The notes beneath the pieces are model-generated. The model did no database searches and was not told the origin of the DNA. It saw only the letters and a program-made list of their open reading frames with translations. Made by a program: the position numbers and the translations under genes. Shown in pieces: positions 31,338-40,789 of a stretch of 64,000 bases of DNA (positions within the stretch are counted from its first letter, which is position 1; each line of letters opens with the position of its first letter). Where the stretch lies: the NCBI GenBank assembly GCA_965197725.1, contig CBDANQ010000055.1, forward strand, positions 28,117 to 92,116. Reading direction: 5' to 3'. This DNA comes from Longimicrobiales bacterium (GTDB lineage Bacteria > Gemmatimonadota > Gemmatimonadetes > Longimicrobiales > Gaopeijiaceae).

Positions 31338-34300
31338 ATGAGTGACACGACGGACACGGCTGATCACCGACTCCGAGAGGGATCCCCCACCGTCAGCGCG
31401 GTCTGCGACAAGGTCGGGCTGGTCATCGGCGGGCCGGAGGCCCGTTTGGCGGTCGACTTCGCCGAGATCTTTCTCTCCAGGACCCCGCACGAGCTGGTGC
31501 GGGAGCGGGGAACCGACGACCTGACCCACATGGTCGTGGGCGCGTTCCGCTTCTTCGCCCGGGCAAGGCCGGACCGTGTCGACGTCGTCGTGTCGAATAC
31601 GGACCCCGAGAGCGATGGCCGGCTTGCTCCTGTCACGACGGTGCGAACCAACGTCAGCGAGCGCCCCTTCATCGTGGACACGATCCGCGAGTTCCTGCAC
31701 TCCGAGCAACTCTCGATCTCCCAGATCGTGTACCCTCTCTTCGATATTGATCGCGACGAGCAGGGGAACTTGGTCGCGGTGCGGTCTCCGGGAGACGGCG
31801 TGTCGAAGGAGTCGCTCGTGCACTGCGAAGTGGATCGAGTCGATGATCCCAAAAGGCTCGAGTACATCCAGCGGGAGTTGAGCAGCCGTCTCCAGGACGT
31901 CGTGCGTGCGACGGACGACTTCAGCCCCATGATCGACGCGGTGAACTCCGTGGTGGCGGAGCTCGCGGAGCACGGTCGGGCGCTCGAGGATCGACGCGAG
32001 GAAATCGACGAGATCCAGGACTTCCTGCGCTGGCTGAGAGACGGAAGACTCGTCTTCCTCGGATATCGCGGATACGACCTGGTCGACGGCCCCGGTGGAG
32101 AGCGCAGCGTGCTGGTGGAGCCCGGCTCCGGACTCGGCGTTCTTCGCAACGAGGGTCAGTCGCGCTTCGCGGCGCCGGTCCCGGTGTCGCAGCTGGATGA
32201 CGGGGTTCGCGATCTGGTGGAGCGCGGTCCCGTGCTGATCATCAACAAGACGAACGCGGAGTCGACGGTCCATCGCCGGGTGCGCATGGACTACATCGGG
32301 GTCAAGAAGCTCAGGCCCGACGGAACCGCGGCCGGCGAGCATCGCTTCGTGGGCCTGTTCACCTCAAAAGCCTATTCCGAGGATGCCGAGAGCATCCCGA
32401 TCCTGCGTCAGAAACTGACGCACATCCTGAGCGGGGCCGAGGCGGTCGAGGGATCGCACGACTACAAGGAGATCATCACCATCTTCAACTCGCTGCCGAA
32501 GGAGGAGCTCTTCCTCACTTCGGCGGCGGAGATAGGCAGCGACATCCGGACGGTGGTCAACGCGTACCACACATCGGGCGTGCGTGCCACGCTACGCGAG
32601 GACCCACTCAAGCGCGGTGTCGCGGTCATGGTCATCATTCCCCGAGATCGCTTCTCAGGGACCGTCCGCAAAGCGATCGAGGCCGCTCTGGTGGAGGAGC
32701 TGCAGGGTGAGGTCCTGAACTATCACCTCGCGATGGGCGAGGGAGACCAGGCCCGTCTCCACTTCTACATCGGTGCCACGAGTGAGCGGCTCGAAAAGAT
32801 TGACCCGGGGCAGATCGAGCGCCGCGTCGCCCTGCTCACACGCACCTGGATGGACCGCCTGCAAGAGGGGCTCGCTACCGTGCTGGAATCGGCGGGCGAG
32901 GCGCGTAGGCTGGCTACGCTTTACGGCTCGACGCTCACAGCTGAATACCAGGCGGCGACCGATCCGGAGATCGCAGTCACCGATGTGCTCGAACTCGAGG
33001 CCCTGGCGGCCAACGGCAGCTCGATATCGATCGCGCTCGCGAACCGCGGCGGGGAGATCTCTGTCGCGGGTCTCCAGGGAGCGACGGAGCTCAAAGTCTT
33101 TCTGCACGGCGAGCGCCTGATCCTCTCGGACTTCATGCCAATCCTGGAGGACGCGGGGCTGCGGGTGATCGCGGTGAAGCCCTTCGAGGTGGGCGAGTCG
33201 GAGTCGGAAGGTGCGACGATCTACGTCTTTGCCGTTCAGGACGCCGAGCAACGGTTGCTCGACGTGGAGAACCGTGGCCCGAACCTGTCGGCGACCATCC
33301 TCGCGGCTCGTGCCGGCGATGTCCTCAGCGATCGGCTGCACGCACTGGTCGTGAGCGTGGGACTCCACTGGAGAGAGGTCGACGTGCTGCGCGGGTACGC
33401 AGCGTCCGCGTTCCAGATCGGGGCCGTACCGAGTCGCCAGTCGATTCCCGCAGCGCTCGTACGGTATCCCGGCATCGCGATGGAGCTTCTCGACCTTTTT
33501 GCCACGAAGTTCGATCCGTCAACCGGTGCTTCGAAGGAGGAACGTGTCTCCGCGATGGCGGACATCCGGGCTCTCTTCCACGGGTCACTGCGGAGTGTGA
33601 GCGCGTTGCCGGACGACCGGGCACTGCGCCGGCTCGAGGAGCTCATTGGCGCCACGGTGCGTACGAACTTCTACAAGCACGGTGGCAAGGAGCCGACGTT
33701 CCGTTCCGGCGGTGTGCCATACATCTCGTACAAGTTCGACTGCCGGGACATGGAGCTCTTGCACCGCTCGAGACTCCGCTTCGAGGTATGGGTGCACTCG
33801 TCCCGCATGGAAGGCGTCCACTTGCGCGGCTCGAGCGTGGCGCGCGGGGGCATCCGCTGGAGTGACCGGCCCCACGACTTCCGCGCGGAGGTGCTCGGCC
33901 TGGTGAAGACGCAGATCGTCAAGAACGCCGTGATCGTTCCGGGCGGCTCGAAGGGAGGCTTCGTGACCCGCGTAGTGCCGTCCGACCCCGAGCAGCGGCG
34001 TGACGAGGGGCGTGCCCAGTACCAGACGCTCATGCGCGGGCTGCTAGACCTCACCGACAACCTTTCGGACGGCAAGACGGTACTGCCGGACAACGTCGTC
34101 GCGTACGACACAGCGGATCCGTACCTCGTGGTCGCGGCAGACAAGGGCACCGCGACCTTCTCGGACCTCGCGAACTCGATCTCGTCCGAGTACGGTTTCT
34201 GGCTCGACGACGCGTTCGCGTCCGGTGGTTCGAACGGCTACGACCCCAAGGTGGTCGGCATCACCGCACGGGGCGCGTGGGAGTGCGTGAAGCGTCACTT

Positions 34301-36254
34301 CCTCGAGAAGGGGAAGGATATCCAGAGCGAGCCGTTCAGCGTCGTGGGCATCGGCGACATGAGCGGCGACGTCTTCGGGAACGGCATGCTGCTCTCCGAG
34401 CAAATCCGCTTGATCGCGGCGTTCGACCACCGGCATATCTTCATCGATCCGGACCCCGATCCCGCGACGACATTTACCGAGCGGACGCGCGTGTTCGAGC
34501 TCGGGCGATCGAGCTGGGAGGACTATGACACGAGCCTGCTGAGCGAGGGCGGCATGATCGTGCCGCGCGGCTCAAAGGAGGTCGAGCTGACCCCGCAGGC
34601 CCGCCGTGCGCTCGGTTTGGCGGACAACGCTCCCGACGTCATGGAGGGGGAGGCCCTCATCCGCGCGCTGCTCAAGGCGCCCGCGGAACTACTCTGGAAC
34701 GGTGGCATCGGTACATACGTGAAGTCGAGCTCCGAGAGCCACGCCGATGTCGGTGACACGTCGAACGATGAGGTGCGAATCGACGTTTCGGACCTCCGGT
34801 GCGAGGTCGTAGGCGAGGGCGGTAACCTCGGCTTCACGCAGCGAGCGCGTATCGAGTACGCGCTGAACGGCGGCCGCATCAACACGGACGCTCTCGACAA
34901 CTCGGCCGGCGTCAACATGTCCGACTACGAGGTCAATCTCAAGATCCTGCTGGCGCCCGCGGTCGCGAGCGGCAGCATGAGCGACGACGGCCGCAACGAG
35001 CTTCTCCAAAAACTGACCCAGGACGTCGCGGAGCTCGTGCTCATGAACAACCGGACGCAGAGTCTCGCGATCTCCTTGGATGCACGGAGAGCAAAAGAAG
35101 GGGCTGACGACTTCCGCGATCTCATGTTCACGCTCGAGAAGACCGGTGAGTTGGACCGACTCTCCGAGTACCTGCCGACCGGCGACGTTCTCGACGAACG
35201 ACGGGAGCGTGGGCAGACGTTGGCGCGCCCGGAGCTGTGCGTCTTGCTCGCCTATTCCAAGCTGTCCCTGATGAGCGGCTTGCTGCGCAGCGGCCTGCCG
35301 GACGATCCGGTGACCGAGAGCTATTTGCTCGGCTACTTCCCCCCGGCCGCGATGGTCGCGGCGGGGAGCGAGTACCTCGCGTCGCACCGTCTGCGTCGCG
35401 AGATCATCGCGAGCCAGCTCACGAACGATCTCGTCGACCTGATGGGGGCGACGTTCGTGCACCGCCTGGTCCGTGATACCGGTCGAAGCGCCGAGCAGAT
35501 AGCGCGCGCTTGGCTGGTTGCCTCGCGGCTGGCCGACCACCGGGCGCTCCTGAGCGAGATGCGTGCTCAGAGCGCGATGAACTCACCTGTCACGCATCGC
35601 TGGCTGCTCGGCTTGGCCAGGGTGCTCGAGCGTACGGCTCGATGGGTTTTGAGCAACGTCGACGCGGACGTGTCGCCTGCGCGCATCGTCGACCAAAACC
35701 TCGAAGGACTAGCCACGCTCCGGAACTCGTTTGGTGCGATCGTCACCGGGCAAGACCGGGCGCTGTTCGAGGCCCGTGTGGATGAAATCCGAGAGGTCGG
35801 CGCAGACGAGGCCTTCTCTCAGCGGCTGATCACGCTCCGCTTCCTGGACCAACTACTCGAGATCCTCGAGATCGGACGCGAGACCAAGGCGGGCACCCTC
35901 GACACCGGCCGAATCTACTACGAGATCTCAGAAGCCTTCCACGTGCCCTGGTTACGCCGCAGTACGTTCGCGGCGGCGGGCGACGATCAGTGGGAGCGGC
36001 GTGCCGCACAGGATCTGTCAGCGGACCTGTCCCGAGCGCACAGGCGCCTCGTCTTCGCGGCCGTCACGAAGGCCACCGGAGCGGCGGATCCGGATCTGTC
36101 CAAGGCGACCGACGAGTTGCTGCGCTCCCACGCCCGTGACATCGGGCGCTTCATGGACCTCATCGAGGAACTCGAGGGCGAAGCAGCACCGGGATTGGCT
36201 GCGATCTCGGTGACCACGCGCGAATTGTCCGCGCTCGCCAATCGCCTTTCGTAA
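31338..36254 (+). CDS. gdhB: NAD-dependent glutamate dehydrogenase, large type
   Basis: EGVHLRG..VARGGIRWSDR, KNAVIVPGGSKGGF, YLVVAADKGTATFSD, GDMSGDVFGNGML and GEGGNLG. Confidence 0.96.
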   Translation: MSDTTDTADHRLREGSPTVSAVCDKVGLVIGGPEARLAVDFAEIFLSRTPHELVRERGTDDLTHMVVGAFRFFARARPDRVDVVVSNTDPESDGRLAPVTTVRTNVSERPFIVDTIREFLHSEQLSISQIVYPLFDIDRDEQGNLVAVRSPGDGVSKESLVHCEVDRVDDPKRLEYIQRELSSRLQDVVRATDDFSPMIDAVNSVVAELAEHGRALEDRREEIDEIQDFLRWLRDGRLVFLGYRGYDLVDGPGGERSVLVEPGSGLGVLRNEGQSRFAAPVPVSQLDDGVRDLVERGPVLIINKTNAESTVHRRVRMDYIGVKKLRPDGTAAGEHRFVGLFTSKAYSEDAESIPILRQKLTHILSGAEAVEGSHDYKEIITIFNSLPKEELFLTSAAEIGSDIRTVVNAYHTSGVRATLREDPLKRGVAVMVIIPRDRFSGTVRKAIEAALVEELQGEVLNYHLAMGEGDQARLHFYIGATSERLEKIDPGQIERRVALLTRTWMDRLQEGLATVLESAGEARRLATLYGSTLTAEYQAATDPEIAVTDVLELEALAANGSSISIALANRGGEISVAGLQGATELKVFLHGERLILSDFMPILEDAGLRVIAVKPFEVGESESEGATIYVFAVQDAEQRLLDVENRGPNLSATILAARAGDVLSDRLHALVVSVGLHWREVDVLRGYAASAFQIGAVPSRQSIPAALVRYPGIAMELLDLFATKFDPSTGASKEERVSAMADIRALFHGSLRSVSALPDDRALRRLEELIGATVRTNFYKHGGKEPTFRSGGVPYISYKFDCRDMELLHRSRLRFEVWVHSSRMEGVHLRGSSVARGGIRWSDRPHDFRAEVLGLVKTQIVKNAVIVPGGSKGGFVTRVVPSDPEQRRDEGRAQYQTLMRGLLDLTDNLSDGKTVLPDNVVAYDTADPYLVVAADKGTATFSDLANSISSEYGFWLDDAFASGGSNGYDPKVVGITARGAWECVKRHFLEKGKDIQSEPFSVVGIGDMSGDVFGNGMLLSEQIRLIAAFDHRHIFIDPDPDPATTFTERTRVFELGRSSWEDYDTSLLSEGGMIVPRGSKEVELTPQARRALGLADNAPDVMEGEALIRALLKAPAELLWNGGIGTYVKSSSESHADVGDTSNDEVRIDVSDLRCEVVGEGGNLGFTQRARIEYALNGGRINTDALDNSAGVNMSDYEVNLKILLAPAVASGSMSDDGRNELLQKLTQDVAELVLMNNRTQSLAISLDARRAKEGADDFRDLMFTLEKTGELDRLSEYLPTGDVLDERRERGQTLARPELCVLLAYSKLSLMSGLLRSGLPDDPVTESYLLGYFPPAAMVAAGSEYLASHRLRREIIASQLTNDLVDLMGATFVHRLVRDTGRSAEQIARAWLVASRLADHRALLSEMRAQSAMNSPVTHRWLLGLARVLERTARWVLSNVDADVSPARIVDQNLEGLATLRNSFGAIVTGQDRALFEARVDEIREVGADEAFSQRLITLRFLDQLLEILEIGRETKAGTLDTGRIYYEISEAFHVPWLRRSTFAAAGDDQWERRAAQDLSADLSRAHRRLVFAAVTKATGAADPDLSKATDELLRSHARDIGRFMDLIEELEGEAAPGLAAISVTTRELSALANRLS

Positions 36255-36270
36255 GCCGTATCGAGCGGCC

Positions 36271-36861
36271 CTAGAAGGGCCCCAACCGGAGCGAGAGCGT
36301 GAGCGTTGCGCCACGCAGATGTCCGGGACCGACCTGGGGGAGATCTTCGACGCCGTAGACCAGACGATAGCCGAGCTGAACCCGTAGCTCGGTGTAGCCG
36401 CGCAGGGCGAAAACGCCGACGACCTCAGGCTCTATGACGCCGAAGTTGTCCGCGGCGAGTTCGGTGCCGACGATGGGCAGGCTGACCTTGGCGCTGCCCG
36501 CACCCACGAGTAGGCGCAGCCCGATGCCGGTGACTCGCGCTTGCACGAGCCGGTACTCCGACTGCACACCCGCGTACGAGATCGCCAATTCGAGGTCGGA
36601 CGCGCCCGCGACGCTTGAGATCCCCAGTGGCTTCGCCAGCGCCCACCCACCCCCTCCCAGCGACAAGGAGGTGCCGAAGAAGATCCGGGCGTCGCCGCCG
36701 ACCATCCAGGCACCCCTGTTTCTGAGAGAGGTCCTCCTCGCGCCGACGGACACGACCGCCGTGGCGGCTGCTGACTCAGGCGGGGCGACCTGTCCCCGGA
36801 CAGGCGCGCCGAAGGTCACGAGCGCGGTGAGGGTGAGGGTGAGGCAGAGGCCGTGAGGCAT
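36271..36861 (-). CDS. Hypothetical exported protein, possibly an outer-membrane beta-barrel
   Basis: Signal-peptide-like N-terminus, alternating beta pattern and C-terminal LRLGPF. Confidence 0.62.
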   Translation of the reverse strand: MPHGLCLTLTLTALVTFGAPVRGQVAPPESAAATAVVSVGARRTSLRNRGAWMVGGDARIFFGTSLSLGGGGWALAKPLGISSVAGASDLELAISYAGVQSEYRLVQARVTGIGLRLLVGAGSAKVSLPIVGTELAADNFGVIEPEVVGVFALRGYTELRVQLGYRLVYGVEDLPQVGPGHLRGATLTLSLRLGPF

Positions 36862-37058
36862 CCGGGAAGTGGGCTCCAGGTGGGTGGGATTAGCTTCGCG
36901 GAAGTTACAGGCGAGGGCGCAGGCGAGGGATGGACAGCGCAGCTCGTCCCCCGTGCCCGCGTTGGGGGTGAGCGAAGGAAAACATTGAAGCCACGACCGG
37001 AGTGTAGGATCTTAGTAAGGGTCCACGTAAGGGTCCACCAAACTGCAAAGGGAGTAGG

Positions 37059-37565
37059 TTGTCGAGGGGAAGTGCCCGCAACCCGGAGGCCAGCCCGCGC
37101 CGGAAGGCTGGGGGCTTCACGCTTCTGGAAATGGCGATCGTGTTGGTATTGGCCGCGCTCATGCTCGGCTTTGGCTCACTCTCGTTCAGCGGTTACTACC
37201 AACGAACCGCTGCGCGACGGGCCGCGCAGGTGTTCACGCAGGACCTGACTTTGGCGCGCGCGACCGCTGTACGCATCCGGGAATCCGTGGTGATCCGATT
37301 CAATGAATCCAGTCGATGGTACGTCGTTGAAACTCAGTCCGATTCGGTGGAGCTGACCAGTCGCCGATTCGGCGGTAGCGCCGATGTCGACTTGAGCGCT
37401 ATCGATCTAGTACTGACCGGAGACTCTATCGTGTTCAACTCGAGAGGGATCGCCGACCTCAGCGGCGCTGGTGGCGCGCTCGGAACGGCAACGTTTTCTT
37501 CCGGGGCCACCGTGTACACCGTCTCGTTCAACAGCATGGGAGCGTCGAAAGTCGAGCAGACTTGA
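37059..37565 (+). CDS. GspH/FimT-like pseudopilin
   Basis: Prepilin site GFTLLEMAIVL, DLTLARATAV and IVFNSRG. Confidence 0.9.
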   Translation: MSRGSARNPEASPRRKAGGFTLLEMAIVLVLAALMLGFGSLSFSGYYQRTAARRAAQVFTQDLTLARATAVRIRESVVIRFNESSRWYVVETQSDSVELTSRRFGGSADVDLSAIDLVLTGDSIVFNSRGIADLSGAGGALGTATFSSGATVYTVSFNSMGASKVEQT

Positions 37566-37951
37566 AGCAACAACCATGGTCCTCCACTCGCCGCCGCGGC
37601 GGTTTTACGCTCATCGAGGTGATGGGTGCGCTGCTCATCTTCTCGATGGGAGTCTTGATGGTGCTGCAGCTCAGCGCCGTCCTGGGGATCCAGATACGGT
37701 ATGCGGCCGCTCAGTCGGAGATCGTCGTGCTCGCCAACGAACGTCTGGACTCCTTGGAAGCGACGCCATTCGACTCGATTTCGACGGGGACGGCTTCAGA
37801 CACGACCGCGGTCCAGGGGTTTTCGTACCGGCGCGAGGCCGTGATCAGCGAGGTAACCCCCGTGTTGGTCGTGATTGTCGTAACGCTCTCGCCGCTCGAC
37901 GGCAGCGCTCCGACGTATTCCGCGACCTCGTACACGTCCGCGGTCTGGTAG
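37562..37951 (+). CDS. PilV-like minor pilin
   Basis: GFTLIEVMGALLI and LANERLDSL; TTG start overlapping the upstream stop. Confidence 0.87.
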   Translation: MKQQPWSSTRRRGGFTLIEVMGALLIFSMGVLMVLQLSAVLGIQIRYAAAQSEIVVLANERLDSLEATPFDSISTGTASDTTAVQGFSYRREAVISEVTPVLVVIVVTLSPLDGSAPTYSATSYTSAVW

Positions 37952-38805
37952 CGAGAGGTTCTACCGGCTTCACGCTCGTCGAAGCCATGATTGCGCTCAT
38001 GCTCTCATCGGTCGTGATCATTCTGGTGAGCACGACGTTCCTGATTCAGAACCAGTACTACTCGACTCAGATCCTGGCGACCGGGGCCCACGACAACGCG
38101 AGAGCGGCGACCGAGCTCATGGCGAGCGAGATACGATCGGTCATGGAGTCTGGAATAAGGGTGGCGGGCAAGAAGACGCTCACGATCCGCACTCCGATGA
38201 CGATGATGGTGGTCTGCGACATCGGCGCTGGCCACGCTACGATGTATTTCGATGGCGGAATCGTCGGGCTGGACACCGCCGAGGTCGGCGGAGCGGCGAC
38301 TCGCGACACGCTCACGGGCGCGTGGACGTACGGGAACAGTAACTGGGCGGCCCTGAACCGTGGAGGTGGGAGCCCCAGCGTCGATTGCGCGGACAATGGA
38401 GCGGATACGGCATCTGTCGCATCGGACTTCCACCGTCTTCAGAAGGCCGAACTTTCGACTCTCTTTGGCGCTGATCCGGACGTGGGGGACGTCATCATCC
38501 TGTTCCGCGAGACGACCTTCAAGTTCCAGACCTCGGTCATGGACACGATGACGGTCGGGCTCTTCCGGCAGGCATACGGAGATAGCCTGATCGAGTACGC
38601 GACTGGAATGGACACGACGGCTCAGGTCCAATACCGGATCGGGACGAGCTATGGCGACACCGTGTTCTCCTTCTTGCTCGGCAACGTCGACGTCATTCGC
38701 ATCGTAGCTGACGCTAGGAAGAAAGCCGAGACCGGTGGAGTGGACGATGTGATGTTCGGATGGTCGGTGAACATCGCCCTGAGGAATCTCCGTCAGAACG
38801 AGTAG
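37945..38805 (+). CDS. PilW/PulJ-like minor pilin
   Basis: GFTLVEAMIALML, NARAATELMASEIR and terminal IALRN; the start appears to be CTG at 37945. Confidence 0.85.
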   Translation: MVARGSTGFTLVEAMIALMLSSVVIILVSTTFLIQNQYYSTQILATGAHDNARAATELMASEIRSVMESGIRVAGKKTLTIRTPMTMMVVCDIGAGHATMYFDGGIVGLDTAEVGGAATRDTLTGAWTYGNSNWAALNRGGGSPSVDCADNGADTASVASDFHRLQKAELSTLFGADPDVGDVIILFRETTFKFQTSVMDTMTVGLFRQAYGDSLIEYATGMDTTAQVQYRIGTSYGDTVFSFLLGNVDVIRIVADARKKAETGGVDDVMFGWSVNIALRNLRQNE

Positions 38806-38971
38806 CGCTAGCAGGCTCGCCAGCCGCGGAACCCGACCGACGCAACGGTTTACGGACAAAGCCAGTTCTTGCCAAGTGTGGAAGCCACTGACATGATGGG
38901 CCGCCCCCCCTTTTGGCCGGGCGGTGGGTGGAGCGTGTAATGGCACGAGTTCTTCAAGGTGACACCGGCTG

Positions 38972-40789
38972 ATGCGACCGACCAACACTCGAAACCCTCA
39001 GTATTACCACAAGGTCGTCGACTGCCAGTGGGCATGTCCGGCGCACACCAACGTGCCGGAGTACATCCGCCTCATTGCGGAGGGGATGTACACCGAATCG
39101 TACATGCTGAACCGGGAGTCGAACGTCTTCCCCGGGATTCTGGGACGGACGTGCGACCGGCCCTGTGAGCCGGCGTGCCGACGGACGCGTGTCGAAGACG
39201 AACCGGTTGCCATCTGTCGCCTGAAGCGTGTCGCGGCCGATCTGCGCGGTGACGTCGATCACCTGCTACCGAAAGCGGCCCAGAGTAAGAACGGCAAGCG
39301 CATTGCGCTCATAGGGTCTGGCCCCGCTTCACTCACGGTGGCCAACGATCTCATGCCACTCGGTTACGAGTGCGTGATCTTCGAGGCGCTGCCCAAGGCC
39401 GGAGGCCTCATGCGCAGCAATATCCCGTCGTTCCGCCTGCCGGTCGGAGTGCTCGAGGAAGAGATCGACATGATCCTCGATATGGGAGTTGAGATCCGCT
39501 ACGACCACCGCGTCGAATCACTCAAGGAAATGCTCGACACGGGCGAGTTTGACTCGATCTTCATCGGCACCGGCGCTCCGAAGGGCAAGGAGCTCGACAT
39601 TCCGGGGCGCCAAGAGGCCGACGCCAACGTGCACATCGGGATCGACTGGCTCGAGTCCATCCACTTCGGCCACATCGATTCGGTAGGCGAACGCGTCTTG
39701 GTCATCGGCGTCGGGAACACCGCCATGGACTGTTGCCGGTCCTCCCGGCGGTTGGGCGGCAACGACATCAAGGTCATGGCTCGCAAGTCCCGTCCGTACT
39801 TCAAGGCGTCTCCGTGGGAGCTCGACGACGCCGAGGGCGAAGAGATCGAGATTCTGGTGAACCACTCGCCGCAGAAGTTCGTCGTCGAGGACGGCCGCCT
39901 GATGGGCATGGTCTTCGACCTCGTCGAGTGGGAAGAGGACGAGAACGGTCGACTCATCAGCAAGAAGCTCGGTGAGAAGTTCATCGAGGCCGACGACGTG
40001 ATCCTCGCGATTGGGCAGGACAACGCGTTCCCGTGGATCGAGCGTGACATCGGTATCGAGTTCGGCGATTGGGACATGCCAGTCGTGGATCGCGCCACGT
40101 TCATGACCACCCGCGAGGGTGTCTTCGTCGGTGGAGACGCCGCATGGGGCCCCGAGAACATCATCTGGGCGGTCGAGCACGGACATCAAGCCGCGATCTC
40201 GATCCACCAGCACTGCCAGGGCGAGTCGGTCAGCGAGCGCCTCCCGTACGGCATGAACCTCGTCTCGACGAAGATGGGCTTGCACGAGTGGCGCTACTCG
40301 AACGACTACGATCCGAATCTGCGGACCGAGATGCGCTACCAGGATCTGGAGGCGCGGCTCGCAGACATGTTCGTGGAAGCCGAGCTGGGCTTCGACCTCA
40401 AAGAATCGGTGCGTGAGGTCGAGCGCTGCCTCAACTGCGACATTCAGACCGACTTCACGGCCAACCTGTGCATCGAGTGCGACGCGTGTATCGACGTCTG
40501 CCCGACTCACTGCCTCACGATGACCCACAACGGTGAAGAGGAAGAGGTCCGCCAGCGGCTCACGGCGGTGGCCGAGAATACGGAACAGGCGCTCTTTGCC
40601 TCCGAAGCCCTTCCCCAAACGGCGCGCATCATGTTCAAAGACGAGGACCTGTGCGTTCACTGCGGTCTGTGCGCGGAGCGATGCCCGACCGCCGCTTGGG
40701 ACATGATGCAGTTCGACCTTCTCATCCCCTACGCGGGACAGGAACCTTGGCCCACGACAGCACTTACGGCGTCAACGACTTCGGCCTGA
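38972..40789 (+). CDS. GltD-like FAD/NAD(P)H oxidoreductase with C-terminal 2[4Fe-4S] ferredoxin (KorC-like)
   Basis: CQWACP, GRTCDRPCEPAC, GSGPAS, GVGNTAMD, ERCLNC, CIECDACIDVCP and CVHCGLCAERCP. Confidence 0.92.
   Translation: MRPTNTRNPQYYHKVVDCQWACPAHTNVPEYIRLIAEGMYTESYMLNRESNVFPGILGRTCDRPCEPACRRTRVEDEPVAICRLKRVAADLRGDVDHLLPKAAQSKNGKRIALIGSGPASLTVANDLMPLGYECVIFEALPKAGGLMRSNIPSFRLPVGVLEEEIDMILDMGVEIRYDHRVESLKEMLDTGEFDSIFIGTGAPKGKELDIPGRQEADANVHIGIDWLESIHFGHIDSVGERVLVIGVGNTAMDCCRSSRRLGGNDIKVMARKSRPYFKASPWELDDAEGEEIEILVNHSPQKFVVEDGRLMGMVFDLVEWEEDENGRLISKKLGEKFIEADDVILAIGQDNAFPWIERDIGIEFGDWDMPVVDRATFMTTREGVFVGGDAAWGPENIIWAVEHGHQAAISIHQHCQGESVSERLPYGMNLVSTKMGLHEWRYSNDYDPNLRTEMRYQDLEARLADMFVEAELGFDLKESVREVERCLNCDIQTDFTANLCIECDACIDVCPTHCLTMTHNGEEEEVRQRLTAVAENTEQALFASEALPQTARIMFKDEDLCVHCGLCAERCPTAAWDMMQFDLLIPYAGQEPWPTTALTASTTSA

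Noticed and set aside
3901..35540. Long opposite-strand or off-frame ORFs such as 3901-5076, 14514-15692, 19466-20716 and 30912-32342
   Set aside because: Shadows of well-supported genes in GC-rich DNA, with no motifs.
38941..38956. Sigma-54 promoter before the korC-like gene (TGGCACGAGTTCTTCA)
   Set aside because: The -24 element is perfect, but the -12 reads TC instead of GC and the leader would be only a few bases.
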